DNA from: a virus
Lineage: Duplodnaviria; Heunggongvirae; Uroviricota; Caudoviricetes
Reading direction: 5' to 3' (one strand)
Virus record (IMG/VR): IMGVR_UViG_648276668_000009
Location: 1-8,480 of that record
DNA length: 8,480 nt
The translations under genes and the position numbers were made by a program. Of the stretch, positions 8,364 through 8,480 are shown piece by piece (the stretch's first letter is position 1; each line of letters opens with the position of its first letter). Under the pieces are notes generated by a model. That model ran no database searches, had not been told where the DNA came from, and saw nothing but the letters and a program-made list of their open reading frames with translations.

Positions 8364-8435
8364 TGGAGCACCTGTGTTGTTCTGAGGTGAGCATATCACC
8401 TCTGTTCAGGTGGCCAAATTCAGTGTGCCACTTCA

Positions 8436-8439
8436 ATGC
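8436..8439. repeat. Right copy of 4-bp direct repeat (ATGC) flanking the IS
   Basis: Seen: see left copy. Confidence 0.5.
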
Positions 8440-8480
8440 TTCGCAAAGCTGTATCGCGAGGCGAACAATCCCACGGATAC

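Overview
This window looks like a segment of an E. coli lambdoid (Rac/Qin-like) prophage, running from the replication module to the late-gene antiterminator. It reads, left to right: a DnaC-like helicase loader, a tandem winged-helix phage protein, a small hypothetical gene, then an AT-rich island. The island carries an overlapping two-gene minus-strand operon, an ABC/OLD-type ATPase (427 aa) plus a TOPRIM/DUF4435-like protein (292 aa), which I interpret as a PARIS-like (AriA/AriB) anti-phage abortive-infection system. Next to it sits an apparently intact hok/mok/sok type I toxin-antitoxin locus. Downstream is a translationally coupled nin-region operon (DUF1367-like, YbcO-like, Q-like antiterminator), followed 35 bp later by a complete 1249-bp IS911-type IS3-family element with a 4-bp flanking direct repeat. 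All calls rest on reading the sequence and recalled family motifs; no database search or computation was run.
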